Source: an uncultured Candidatus Saccharibacteria bacterium (GTDB lineage: Bacteria > Patescibacteriota > Minisyncoccia > Phycocordibacterales > PALSA-1337). Taken from it: DNA of 64,000 nucleotides. This document shows positions 10,195-19,901 of this stretch, in pieces. Both the position numbers and the translations under genes were made by a program. The stretch's first letter is position 1; each line of letters opens with the position of its first letter. The stretch is from the NCBI GenBank assembly GCA_964416985.1, contig CAYQFS010000001.1, positions 19,413 to 83,412 of the forward strand, in the 5' to 3' direction. The notes under the pieces are model-generated. The model was given only the letters and a program-made list of their open reading frames with translations, did no database searches and was not told the DNA's origin.

Positions 10195-11208
10195 TTAAAA
10201 TGTTGTTGATTGTTGTTCAGCCAGCTTTTTATTGAAGAAAAGCGTTACAGAAGCCTGCGCTCCCTGAAGGATCTTATCCTGATTTCGTATATCGAGAGAA
10301 AGAAGAGAGCTTCCTTCGGCATCTTCTTTTGTTCTTAAGGTGATACTCTGATTTGTAGAAATATCTGGTTGCTCGAGGTTGTTGATACTCCATGTGTATG
10401 TCAGGGGGCTTTTTCCTCCGACAGAAGAGAAGAAATATGGGGCGGCGAGAATATTAACCTCATCTTTTATGATGGTAAATCGACTGCTGAGGGCTTTATT
10501 GTAGAAGACTCCATACAAAGGATCTTCTTCATAAAGAAGAATCGAAGGATTTCCCGGCTCAAGATTTATAGAAGCCCTTCCCTGCTGGGCGCCATCCTTT
10601 GTTGTGACAATTGCCTCAATGTCGAAGCTCTTCGGAAGAAATTCACTTATCGAAAGTGTTTGTTTCCCAAAACCAGACTGGTCCTGCACAACCTTATCAT
10701 TTACTGTCCATTTGTAAACAAGAGTCTTTGGGTCAATTTCCCTTCCGTTACTTCCTAAAAAGTGAGGAACAGCACTTATTTTTACGAGATTTTGATATGC
10801 GAAGAGAGACTTTCCTTTAAAAAGGGGTGGAGTGTACCCAGAACTTTCCCAGATGAGATCAATATCTGCTGGTTTAAATGTGATAACCTTTCTTACCTCT
10901 TTTCCTTCTGTTGTCATAATAATTGCCGTGACTGTGACATTTTTACCAATCGCTGGAGCTGTTATGTTGATTGAGGTTAGCCCTGTTCCCTGCCCAGTAT
11001 TTTTCCCATCAACTAACCAAACAATAGAAGCCGCGTTGAGGTTCGTATTGTAGCTCTCAACTTTTACCGTGACACTTTGTCCTGCAGATGGGTAGAGTGG
11101 ATCATTTGAAATTTGAACTCCGTCAATTGAATCAGGAATTTGTGCATGAACAAGGAGACTTGTTCCTAGGAAAAGAAAGCAAAGCATGATTTTCAAGCCA
11201 TTTTTCAT
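10195..11208 (-). CDS. secreted beta-rich protein (Ig-like repeats), T4SS-like operon
   Basis: Probable start at internal Met (MKNGLKIMLCFLFLGTSLLVHA signal peptide); repeated ~90-aa beta-rich segments. Confidence 0.45.
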   Translation of the reverse strand: MKNGLKIMLCFLFLGTSLLVHAQIPDSIDGVQISNDPLYPSAGQSVTVKVESYNTNLNAASIVWLVDGKNTGQGTGLTSINITAPAIGKNVTVTAIIMTTEGKEVRKVITFKPADIDLIWESSGYTPPLFKGKSLFAYQNLVKISAVPHFLGSNGREIDPKTLVYKWTVNDKVVQDQSGFGKQTLSISEFLPKSFDIEAIVTTKDGAQQGRASINLEPGNPSILLYEEDPLYGVFYNKALSSRFTIIKDEVNILAAPYFFSSVGGKSPLTYTWSINNLEQPDISTNQSITLRTKEDAEGSSLLSLDIRNQDKILQGAQASVTLFFNKKLAEQQSTTF

Positions 11209-11261
11209 TCCCCCTATTTTACCACGATATTTCATTATTCTGACAAAGAGATTTCCTCAGT

Positions 11262-11687
11262 TTATTCTTGTTTTGCCTGCTCTTCTCGAGAGATTCTCAC
11301 ACCATTTTGGTTTGGAGGCACCCTTTTTACTCGAGGAGGCGTAACACCTGGCTTATTTTTGTTAGGAAAAACCTTTAATCCTGTCTTATCTTCAACCCTA
11401 CTCAATATTAAAATTGCAACCATTGCGGCAATTATTGTAGGCAATTCCTGAACAGCTGGAAAAAGCTCCGCTATAGTTGAGATAATAGCCGGCACAAATC
11501 TTCTCCAATTCACAATTCCTAATCCAAGTTTCCAAAAAACCACACCCATTATCGCCCAAAAGATCCATCCTACAATATCTCCCGCGAGTGGTATGAGTGT
11601 CAGGACATCAGCGATGAAAGCGAGAAAAATCAAAAAGACACCCATTCGTATACTTATCCTGTATTTGGGTTCCTGCTTTTCTTCCAT
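11262..11687 (-). CDS. small polytopic membrane protein
   Basis: 141 aa, 3-4 predicted TM helices, follows VirB4-like gene. Confidence 0.45.
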   Translation of the reverse strand: MEEKQEPKYRISIRMGVFLIFLAFIADVLTLIPLAGDIVGWIFWAIMGVVFWKLGLGIVNWRRFVPAIISTIAELFPAVQELPTIIAAMVAILILSRVEDKTGLKVFPNKNKPGVTPPRVKRVPPNQNGVRISREEQAKQE

Positions 11688-11693
11688 ACCCCT

Positions 11694-13523
11694 CTATTTT
11701 ACCATGCTTGCTTGGCCGCTGGTTTCGAGATCTTGTTTTGCCTGCTTGATTGCAAGAACCTGAGCTGGATTTGTGGTGATGATCTGGTCCTCTGTGTATG
11801 ACGCAACAATCTTGAGGGCGACGTGCTTTAGACCGACGAAGAATATTCCCTCCCCAACATCTGACTCGAGAAGAAGATATTTTTCCTCATCAGTGAGGTT
11901 GAATGTTCTCTGGATATTGTCGATCGAAGATGGAGATTGTTTTAGAAGAATTTGAATTGAAGAGTTTGTGATAATCGGCAGTCCATATGGTGACTTGAGG
12001 AAATCGTCAACATCCTGGGTAATTGTTGCAAGACCAAGATAATATTTTCTTCCTCGTTTTGCCAAACCAAGTAGGAATGAAGCCGTATCTTCTGATTTCA
12101 TCATCCACCATGCCTCGTCGATCACGAGCAGTCGTTTCTTGAGCTGTTTTCGGATAGCGTTCCATATATAGTGTGTGACGATATACATTGCCACCGGCTT
12201 GAGCTCGTCTTCCATGTCTCGAAGCGAGAAAACTACGAATTTTTTGTTGATATCGACGTTTGAAGGGCGATTAATGAAGCCTGACCACGTTCCTTTTGTG
12301 TATTTTGTAAGACGTTCCACGAGGGAATCAGCTCCCTGCATCCCGGCAAGTACAAGTTCGAAATCCGAAAGAAGTGGTGGCTCAACATTCCTAAAGTCGG
12401 ATTCGGGAGTGATGTCCTTCAGGGCGTATGTTTCGGTTATAGCTCGGTCAATGATTGCATCTTCTTCCTGTGTAAGTCCTCCAAGCATAATTCGGAAAAG
12501 TCCAACGAGGTTAATGATGTTTGAGCGGAGAATATCAGCTGCACTCTCATCTTCACGGGGGATTGGAAGGTCAAAAGGGTTTATGTGATGCTCTGAGTTG
12601 AGGGAAATGTTGAAGTACTTCCCTCCTGTTGCTTCGGCCATGTATTCATATTCTTTTTCTGGGTCAATGACGATGACATCTGTATCAAACATTAGGGTTC
12701 TAAGAATTTCGAGCTTTGTGCAGTATGATTTTCCGGCTCCGGCCTTTGCAAATGTCACAGAGTTGTAATTTTCGAGCAGGAATCGATCAAAAAGAACAAG
12801 TGAAGAGTTGTGGCGATTGATTCCGTAGAGAATTCCTTTGTCAGACGTAAGATCAAACGAGGTAAATGGGAAAAGTGATGAAAGTGGAGAGGAATTGAGC
12901 TTTGAATGAACTGCTAGTTCGTCATTTGCAATAGGGAGAACGCTTCGGTAGCCACTCTCCTGTTGGAAAAGGGCAGGCTTTAGATACACAAGCTTTGATT
13001 CAAGGATTGATTTGATTTCTGACTCAGTCTTGTCGAGCTCGGCGCTTGAGTCACCATATATAGTAATGTAGACGCCAACATCAAATATTTTCTCCTGAGC
13101 TTGCATGAGATTGTCCCGAAGGGCTTCGAGGTCCTGGTAAGCAGTATCGAGCATTGGATCACGGACAAGACCCTTGTCTTCCCTCTGTGAAATTTGACTT
13201 TGAACCTCAGCTACTTTCTTCTGGAAGTGTCGAAGGATCTTTGCGGTGTCTACTGGATGAATGAAAATAGAAATATTAAAAATTTTGTCGAGGTTTACGA
13301 TTGGAGAGAACCAGCTTTCACTCAAAAATCGAGGATATGAGATGACAAAGAAGGTTCGAGCCACCTTTTCTCCGAGGTTCAATTCTTTTGGGCTGATTTT
13401 CAAAGCCGAAGGAGCAATGACATCCTTGAGTTCAAGGACGCCTGCCTCATAAATCTCCTGAGGCATGAGCGATGTCACTGGAGAAACCTCTTTTTTGCCT
13501 AGTAATTTTCCAAAAAATGACAT
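11694..13523 (-). CDS. VirB4/TrbE/CagE-family T4SS ATPase
   Basis: 609 aa; N-terminal DVIAPSALKISPKELNLGEKVARTFFVISYPRFL...GW-like VirB4 motif; Walker A AKAGAGKSY; Walker B LLVIDEAWWMM (DEAW). Confidence 0.85.
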   Translation of the reverse strand: MSFFGKLLGKKEVSPVTSLMPQEIYEAGVLELKDVIAPSALKISPKELNLGEKVARTFFVISYPRFLSESWFSPIVNLDKIFNISIFIHPVDTAKILRHFQKKVAEVQSQISQREDKGLVRDPMLDTAYQDLEALRDNLMQAQEKIFDVGVYITIYGDSSAELDKTESEIKSILESKLVYLKPALFQQESGYRSVLPIANDELAVHSKLNSSPLSSLFPFTSFDLTSDKGILYGINRHNSSLVLFDRFLLENYNSVTFAKAGAGKSYCTKLEILRTLMFDTDVIVIDPEKEYEYMAEATGGKYFNISLNSEHHINPFDLPIPREDESAADILRSNIINLVGLFRIMLGGLTQEEDAIIDRAITETYALKDITPESDFRNVEPPLLSDFELVLAGMQGADSLVERLTKYTKGTWSGFINRPSNVDINKKFVVFSLRDMEDELKPVAMYIVTHYIWNAIRKQLKKRLLVIDEAWWMMKSEDTASFLLGLAKRGRKYYLGLATITQDVDDFLKSPYGLPIITNSSIQILLKQSPSSIDNIQRTFNLTDEEKYLLLESDVGEGIFFVGLKHVALKIVASYTEDQIITTNPAQVLAIKQAKQDLETSGQASMVK

Positions 13524-13524
13524 A

Positions 13525-14157
13525 TTAATTTATTTGAATAGGTTTTTCTGACTCCCCAGGATTAAATATCTTGTAGTACAATTCTACCACCTCCTCCGTA
13601 CCAAGTTCAGCCACCCTCACTCCACAACGCACAAGTCCTTGCTCGACAACCCCCACCCTTTGCTCGAGCTGACTTCTGTACTCGGCAAATTTTTCATTTT
13701 CAATGATTCGGCTCTCGTCTTTTTTATTGACGAGATTGCTAATTGGGTTTTTACTTGCAGTCATTGCTGGAGGAGTATATGGCACAATAATGAAGAAACT
13801 TTTTGTCATGATATTTGAATTCTCGACGAATGTCTTAATGAATTCAATGTATTCCCTTGTCTGAATCTTCATAAGTTCAGTCATTTGTTCTTTGTAACGT
13901 TCCTCAAGAAGGGCTATGTATGGCCGTATATCAAGTCTTTTTGATTGAACAAATATCTGAACAGAAAAATCAAGAGAATTTAGAAAATTTTGGAACTGGT
14001 AGATGATTGAGTTTTGTTCATCGGCAGATTTGAGGGCAAAGTTCAATGAAGAAGCGAGAACAAGAGCCCTCATTGAGCCATCTTTGAGAATAACAATTCC
14101 ATCACGAATTTCCCTTATCGGTACAAAGTCCTGAGTTGTTTTTGAACTTGTTGCCAT
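13525..14157 (-). CDS. T4SS-associated hypothetical protein upstream of VirB4
   Basis: 210 aa soluble; PIREIRDGIVILKDGSMRALVLASSLNFALKSADEQ motif resembles N-terminal region of Gram-positive-type T4SS proteins; 2-nt gap to VirB4. Confidence 0.4.
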   Translation of the reverse strand: MATSSKTTQDFVPIREIRDGIVILKDGSMRALVLASSLNFALKSADEQNSIIYQFQNFLNSLDFSVQIFVQSKRLDIRPYIALLEERYKEQMTELMKIQTREYIEFIKTFVENSNIMTKSFFIIVPYTPPAMTASKNPISNLVNKKDESRIIENEKFAEYRSQLEQRVGVVEQGLVRCGVRVAELGTEEVVELYYKIFNPGESEKPIQIN

Positions 14158-14159
14158 AA

Positions 14160-14585
14160 TTATCTTTGGTTTTTATTTGTGTACATGCTCTCCTTTATGT
14201 CGAGACTCCACGTGAGGTCCTTGAGTTTGCTATCAGAAATCTTTGGGACCATGATTGATGCGTACTGTTTTGCCTCCTGCTCCGGTGTCACCACCTTTTC
14301 TTTTTCCGCTTTCTTCCATATGTAGAGTTTGCTGGAGAAAAAATACTTGAAGGCTGCTTCCATTACAAAAATAAACGGTTTGTTGTTTATTTTGTAGAAT
14401 GCGAGAGCTGCTGACAATGTCATTACAATAACAATTGGTATAAATGACAGCACGATCGAGTCCAAAAGCCTATATACAGCAAATGATAGACCTGCGCCTC
14501 CCGCAAGATAAATGAACTGCTTGAGGGTCAAGGGTCCAAATATCTTGTCTTCAACTTCGATGAACTGTGGGACTTGAAAACGCAT
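14160..14585 (-). CDS. small 2-TM protein (VirB3-like position)
   Basis: 141 aa, two TM helices, encoded immediately upstream of the VirB4 pair as VirB3 homologues are. Confidence 0.35.
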   Translation of the reverse strand: MRFQVPQFIEVEDKIFGPLTLKQFIYLAGGAGLSFAVYRLLDSIVLSFIPIVIVMTLSAALAFYKINNKPFIFVMEAAFKYFFSSKLYIWKKAEKEKVVTPEQEAKQYASIMVPKISDSKLKDLTWSLDIKESMYTNKNQR

Positions 14586-14600
14586 GTGTTCATTATAGCA

Positions 14601-15320
14601 TTATTCAATCGGCTCCCGATAAGGATCCACCGAGGTCTTCCCCGCTGGCTGTACCGGAGGCTTTGGGGAAGTTGGTGCTGGGGGTGTTTGGGGATTTGGT
14701 GGTATTGCAATTGGCCCAGGGCTTTGAGGTTTTGGTGCATTTGGTGCAGCTATTTCATTTGCACTTGAGACTGGATTTGCAAGGAGGTGGTCGACGATAG
14801 AAACCCTTGGTGTTGTTGGTGGATTTTCAATTCCATCAAGTATCTGGGCCTTATTTAGACTTGAATTGTTGTATTGAGGAGAAGTTGAAACAGGTTTATC
14901 CTTAACAATCTCAAAGTTCCCAGCTTTTTCGAGGGGGGTGAGAGGGCGGCTTGGAGGTATAGGCACTGTATTTTGCTCCAAAGTAATTTCTTCCTGTACT
15001 TTTCTAATTGATTCTCGAAGCGGCATAAAAATCTCTTCGTTTATATCTTTAACAATTTTTTCAGAAATTTCCTTGTCAATCTCGAGGTCTCTAGCTACTG
15101 TATCAATAAATTTGACTGATGGTAGTTTTCCTATAAGTACCATTCGGGTATCTACTTCGAGCTGCCCTATTTGGTCAAGGAGTAAATTATAACGCGCACC
15201 AATGCTCTCTAATTTCGAGTATACACTCGAAGATTTTATTGCCTCAAGTATTTCTTTTGGGATTGTTGTTTCGGTTGGTTTCATTTTTTTATTTTGTCCA
15301 TCTATCTCTATTTCGACCAT
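14601..15320 (-). CDS. proline-rich hypothetical protein
   Basis: 239 aa; C-terminus PQSPGPIAIPPNPQTPPAPTSPKPPVQP low-complexity. Confidence 0.45.
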   Translation of the reverse strand: MVEIEIDGQNKKMKPTETTIPKEILEAIKSSSVYSKLESIGARYNLLLDQIGQLEVDTRMVLIGKLPSVKFIDTVARDLEIDKEISEKIVKDINEEIFMPLRESIRKVQEEITLEQNTVPIPPSRPLTPLEKAGNFEIVKDKPVSTSPQYNNSSLNKAQILDGIENPPTTPRVSIVDHLLANPVSSANEIAAPNAPKPQSPGPIAIPPNPQTPPAPTSPKPPVQPAGKTSVDPYREPIE

Positions 15321-17232
15321 CGTTCATATATCCGTAAGCCTTGTGCTCTGTCGTCGGAGGTAGGTTGCTGATGCGGTTACCAATAGCCCTTCTGGTTGGT
15401 GCGTCAATCAGGTCTTCCATTTCTTTGAGTTGTGCCGGTGTCATGTAATCGATAACATCATTATTCTGAAGGTGGGTTGGATCAACCTTCGACAATTCCT
15501 TACCCGAAAGATTCTTCATATGCTTCTCGATGACTGTCGGTTGTCCAGAACTGAATACTAGGGATAGTCCTTCCTTTCTCGCTGTTTTAAACTTTTCCTT
15601 ATCTATTTCTGAGAGAGCATCGCCGTCAACTAAGCCTTCTGCTTGCTTAGAAGAAAGCGTAGCAGCAAATTGCGTGTTCGTAAGAGTTTTTAGAGGAACA
15701 TCCTCGAGTTCTTTCTTGGTCATTTTTCCTACAGCATCATAATAAGTCTTGAGTTGCTCAGGTGTAGTAGGTAAGTTATTGAGAATTGGTTTAAGGGCCT
15801 CTGTTCTTGATCGTTCTCTCTGTACTCCTGAAATGACTCTCGCGCGATCCTTATCCTCCCTCTCAACATCACCAAAACTCTGTTTGCCACCATATTTTGA
15901 TTTTTCGACACTCGTTAACCCTCCTCTTACTGCTTGGCTAATGCCTAGGTTTCTTAACACAGTTGTAGCAGCTCTTCCCGTTTTGCTTCCTTGTGCGGCT
16001 GCAGCCATATTGTCGAACCCTTTTCCTGCTAGTTTACCAAGTCGTCCAGCAGTATTTCTTCCAACCACTCCCCCTACCTTACCCCTCACCCAATCCTTTG
16101 CTACGTTTGCCATTCCTGCTCCGTGGCCCCCGAGCTGAAGTGCGGCAACAAGAGGGACATTTATAAAGACAAATGCAATAATGAATTGAAAAATAAGTCC
16201 TGCATCAGCAACGACCACCGCACCAATTGTTGAACCAGCCTTTGCTGCTGCAAGTTGTGCAGTGTCGAGAGCGTCAAAGAATCCTCCATTGCTTAGGAAT
16301 TTGAGAGCCACATACATGAAGAAAAGGTACGCAGGCATGAAAACAAGTTGGGGCACAAAATAATCCATGAACTTGCTCGTCATTTTTTGGTCAACTTTTG
16401 GGAAGATCATCCCTACAAAATACAGTGGAGAGAATCCCATGATGAGAAGGAGAATGACAATACGAATAATGAAGGCGAACCCTGCAAACAAGAAGCTAAG
16501 AGCTGCTGTGAGCATGAGTATCGAGCCTCCAATAGTTGAGACTGCGACTAGAAATGTTCCATTTGCAGTAGCGAGGATTCCTCCCTTGTTATATACCTTA
16601 GGTATTTTGAGGCTTTGCTGAAAGACGTCAGAGATACCTCCTTGTTTGAATGAATTTGTTAAAACCGTACCAATATCCCCTTTGGATAGATCTACATTTT
16701 GAGAATTAGGAGCGATTGCCCTGTAGAATTGGAGAGAAACGAGATTCGAAGCGTCAATAAGAATACGAGTGAAGAAAAGGCTAAAGTTAATGAGTATTCC
16801 AGCGAAAAATATCTTAACGACAAGAGATCCAAATTGAGGACCCTTTGTTCCAAGGATTGTGTTAATTGAGGCATATATGAGAGCAAAGATAATGAAGATG
16901 CTCGAAATGTTTCGTATGACAATCCACGTCTGTTCAATTGCCGGAGTTGCTTCGTAGAGTGCCTTTATATTAAGTGTGAGAACTATCGAAGCGTTAAGGA
17001 TAATTCCGGCAAGAGAAATGGCGTATGACATGAACTGGAGCACCCAGTTTCCGAGTTGGGAGAAAAGACTATCAAAAATTGATATAGTAGCACATTGAGC
17101 AAGACTATCTTGACTGAATATGAGCCACCACGAACAATCAGCTGCCGCTTGGGCAACATGAGGAATACTAGCAACTCCTCCCACCAGGAGGACAAGTGTT
17201 ATCGATAGGATTGTTGCTAATTTTCTGTTCAT
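15289..17232 (-). CDS. polytopic membrane protein, VirB6/TrbL-like
   Basis: 647 aa; signal/TM then >=6 TM helices, Gly-rich segment, ~280-aa hydrophilic C-terminal tail; architecture typical of VirB6/TrbL. Confidence 0.5.
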   Translation of the reverse strand: MNRKLATILSITLVLLVGGVASIPHVAQAAADCSWWLIFSQDSLAQCATISIFDSLFSQLGNWVLQFMSYAISLAGIILNASIVLTLNIKALYEATPAIEQTWIVIRNISSIFIIFALIYASINTILGTKGPQFGSLVVKIFFAGILINFSLFFTRILIDASNLVSLQFYRAIAPNSQNVDLSKGDIGTVLTNSFKQGGISDVFQQSLKIPKVYNKGGILATANGTFLVAVSTIGGSILMLTAALSFLFAGFAFIIRIVILLLIMGFSPLYFVGMIFPKVDQKMTSKFMDYFVPQLVFMPAYLFFMYVALKFLSNGGFFDALDTAQLAAAKAGSTIGAVVVADAGLIFQFIIAFVFINVPLVAALQLGGHGAGMANVAKDWVRGKVGGVVGRNTAGRLGKLAGKGFDNMAAAAQGSKTGRAATTVLRNLGISQAVRGGLTSVEKSKYGGKQSFGDVEREDKDRARVISGVQRERSRTEALKPILNNLPTTPEQLKTYYDAVGKMTKKELEDVPLKTLTNTQFAATLSSKQAEGLVDGDALSEIDKEKFKTARKEGLSLVFSSGQPTVIEKHMKNLSGKELSKVDPTHLQNNDVIDYMTPAQLKEMEDLIDAPTRRAIGNRISNLPPTTEHKAYGYMNDGRNRDRWTK

Positions 17233-17238
17233 GTAATG

Positions 17239-18846
17239 CTAATAGTAGAAAGTTGAAAACAATGTGCACTGCTGCAGCTTTCTCTGGGCATCTGCTTTTG
17301 CGCTATCCATGTCCTCTTTTACTTTATCCAATGCTTTCTGAGATTCTGAAACCTTGAGTGGAGATATAAGCGACTGACTCTGAAGCAATCTGCTATATTT
17401 TTCACTTGGCGCCCGAAGGTCGTTCACTGTTTTTGCAACGGTGGTGCTTGCTTGAATATCTGTAAGAGTCTTGAGTTGTGTAGTAGCATCCGCTGTTTCT
17501 GCAAGGAGGGTGTTTGCAACTGGTGTGATTCTTGTAGCGACTTCTCGAGCAATATCATCGAGTCCAGATTGAGCCATGGCTTTTCGGTATCCATCAGATG
17601 AGAAATCTATCAATTTCTGGTTGTAACATGCTGTCGCTGTGTCGTATGCTTGTTTTGCACTGACAACTATCGCGAGGGCAGCATCTTTATTCTGCTTGTA
17701 TTGTTTTGCGTTATCGATGTTCGTTTGGAGGTTAGGAAGCATTTGCTCAGTTATCTTTCCTGCCCCCTCAGGACTTTCTTGTATTATTTGGTTGATGTAT
17801 GCATTTGAATCTCCAGCACCGCCTCCACTGATTGCCCCAAGTCCTTGAGAAAGAACCTGTGTTACGAGTTGCGCAAAGAGGGCGTTTACAATTTCGTTAA
17901 GTTCATCCGCTAGTTCAAGTTGACGAATCGGACTTCCAAGGTTTGATTCAAGGGCTCCTGCGATAACGGAGCCAGGTGTTTGGACTTCACATTTTTCTTC
18001 TGCCACATAACCTTCCCCCGATCCTTCGTATGATCTTTCTGGTCCATTATATGTTCCTTCTCCGGATCCCTCACTTGGTCTTTCTTCTGAATTTTCATTG
18101 CCGGTTTTGGTACATTTTCTCCACGAGAGAAAACCTTTTCCTTGATTTAGCTCCTCTCTTCTCTGGATCTGGACGTTTGCTACTCGAAGAGAGAGTTCTG
18201 TATCAGCTTGGATCCATGCCCCGTACACATTGTTTTGTGGTTCTGTGGTCATAGAAACGAAAGCAGGCCAGCCACCCTGTCTGAAATCTCCAGCAGTGAA
18301 GCCGTTAATACTTGAATTTTTAACAGCATTTGTAGTGTTTGTAATGATAGTTCCTAAAGTACAAGCATACCTTTGTCCACTATTCGGATGATATTTAAAA
18401 GCGAGCGCAATTCGGAGATCGATACTGAATGGAGAACAGAGATTTGTGAGTGGTCCTCCGTACTGAGAGAGAAAACGCCCAGTTTCCTGGTCTGCAAGAT
18501 CGAGAAAGAAGGAGCTTGGATTTGTTACAAATGAAGGACTTCCTTGAAAGCCAGAATTGATCCAGTTGACAACACTCTGGGTTATTTGTCGGACGATTTG
18601 TTTTGCAAACATTCCCGCAATTCCGTCGAGGACAAATTCCTTGAGATTGTCAGAATACGCATTAAATGCGAGCTGTGTCGTGTTTGTTGCGATGATGATT
18701 TGCTGAACCAAAGACGCTCCGACTTCTACAACTGCATATTGTGCTTCGACTTTATGTGGTATTGAGAGTGACAATGAAAGGAGTGACCCGATCAGGAGTG
18801 TTACTACAAGAAGCGAACTAATTATTTTTGTAATCTTTTGTTTCAT
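17239..18846 (-). CDS. secreted hypothetical protein
   Basis: 535 aa; N-terminal signal/TM MKQKITKIISSLLVVTLLIGSLLSL; no catalytic motif recognised. Confidence 0.45.
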   Translation of the reverse strand: MKQKITKIISSLLVVTLLIGSLLSLSLSIPHKVEAQYAVVEVGASLVQQIIIATNTTQLAFNAYSDNLKEFVLDGIAGMFAKQIVRQITQSVVNWINSGFQGSPSFVTNPSSFFLDLADQETGRFLSQYGGPLTNLCSPFSIDLRIALAFKYHPNSGQRYACTLGTIITNTTNAVKNSSINGFTAGDFRQGGWPAFVSMTTEPQNNVYGAWIQADTELSLRVANVQIQRREELNQGKGFLSWRKCTKTGNENSEERPSEGSGEGTYNGPERSYEGSGEGYVAEEKCEVQTPGSVIAGALESNLGSPIRQLELADELNEIVNALFAQLVTQVLSQGLGAISGGGAGDSNAYINQIIQESPEGAGKITEQMLPNLQTNIDNAKQYKQNKDAALAIVVSAKQAYDTATACYNQKLIDFSSDGYRKAMAQSGLDDIAREVATRITPVANTLLAETADATTQLKTLTDIQASTTVAKTVNDLRAPSEKYSRLLQSQSLISPLKVSESQKALDKVKEDMDSAKADAQRKLQQCTLFSTFYY

Positions 18847-18847
18847 A

Positions 18848-19825
18848 TTATTGGTGTGTCATAAAAAATATACCCCCTTCATTTTGTTGATATTGAATTC
18901 CCATCAAACTGATTTTTTGCCTGACAGATAGGAAAGCGTCAAAAAGTTTTCGAGCCCCTTCGAGGTATTGGCTTGTTGCTTGCAATCCAAGGACCGGGTC
19001 AGCTCCCGATTTTCTAAATGATTGAGCCACAAACAAGGAGATCTTCATCCCATTTATTAAATCGAGGTGAGTCTGAGAAAGTGACGCAGGGGTTTCAATT
19101 GTAGTAAGTCCGTTCACAATATTTTGGTATGTGGTGATGATGGGGTCGAGTTCTTTGAGAATATCCAAATCTTCTTTCTCGAGGGCTTCCTTAGCAATTA
19201 CAGCCTCATTTCTTCCATTTATTGGATACTTGAGAAAAAGATTTCCAACATCATTCCCATATTGTCTGATAGATGTGGCGCTATCGTCTTTGCGAGTTTT
19301 TACTGAACTTAAGTTGTAAAGTTTTGGTGCACTAAGGACAATTCCACTTTTTGTGACAACCTGCTGCGCTACTTCTATCTGGCTCTGAGGATCCTGGGAA
19401 AGACCCGCTTGGCGGAGTTCCATGTAGCGGGCAAAAAAGTCTCTAGCAAGAAGGTCGGTCGGAGTGAGGTCTTCTGTGGGAGTTTTTGAAGATGAAGTTT
19501 CACTCATTTTGTCCTTGGGACCTTTGACGAGAGGGTTTCTTCCGGTAGTACTTTCCTTTCCGTCGGATGTGCCGTCACCATCAGTATCTGCTTTGTGTGG
19601 ATCAGTACCGAGGAGAACTTCTTCCCAGTCTCTGAGACCATCAGAATCGCTGTCGACGCTCTGTAGGTCGGGAGAAAGAGCTGGGGTTGAGGTCGAAACG
19701 AGGGGTGCTTCGTAGACTATGTTTTCATCCTGTTTGTTGCGATACTCTGCGACAAAAAATGCTCCACTGATAAGGGCAGCTGCGGCAAGAATCAAAACGA
19801 TATTTTTGAGGCTTGGGGACTTCAT
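18848..19825 (-). CDS. secreted protein with thrombospondin-type-3-like Ca-binding repeats (first gene of operon)
   Basis: N-terminal TM; DSDSDGLRDWEEVLLGTDPHKADTDGDGTSDGKE (DxDxDG repeats). Confidence 0.5.
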   Translation of the reverse strand: MKSPSLKNIVLILAAAALISGAFFVAEYRNKQDENIVYEAPLVSTSTPALSPDLQSVDSDSDGLRDWEEVLLGTDPHKADTDGDGTSDGKESTTGRNPLVKGPKDKMSETSSSKTPTEDLTPTDLLARDFFARYMELRQAGLSQDPQSQIEVAQQVVTKSGIVLSAPKLYNLSSVKTRKDDSATSIRQYGNDVGNLFLKYPINGRNEAVIAKEALEKEDLDILKELDPIITTYQNIVNGLTTIETPASLSQTHLDLINGMKISLFVAQSFRKSGADPVLGLQATSQYLEGARKLFDAFLSVRQKISLMGIQYQQNEGGIFFMTHQ

Positions 19826-19901
19826 TTATAATTTCGGGTAGTACTCGAAATGCTCCCCTAATTATAGCAAGATATGAAGCCTAATCCTACGTATTTTCGG
19901 C

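Noticed and set aside
14528-14800. Three overlapping 64-77-aa ORFs at the junction of two T4SS-operon genes
   Set aside because: They overlap the 3' end of the 239-aa Pro-rich gene and the 5' end of the 141-aa TM gene in other frames, and their Pro/Trp-rich translations come from low-complexity DNA.
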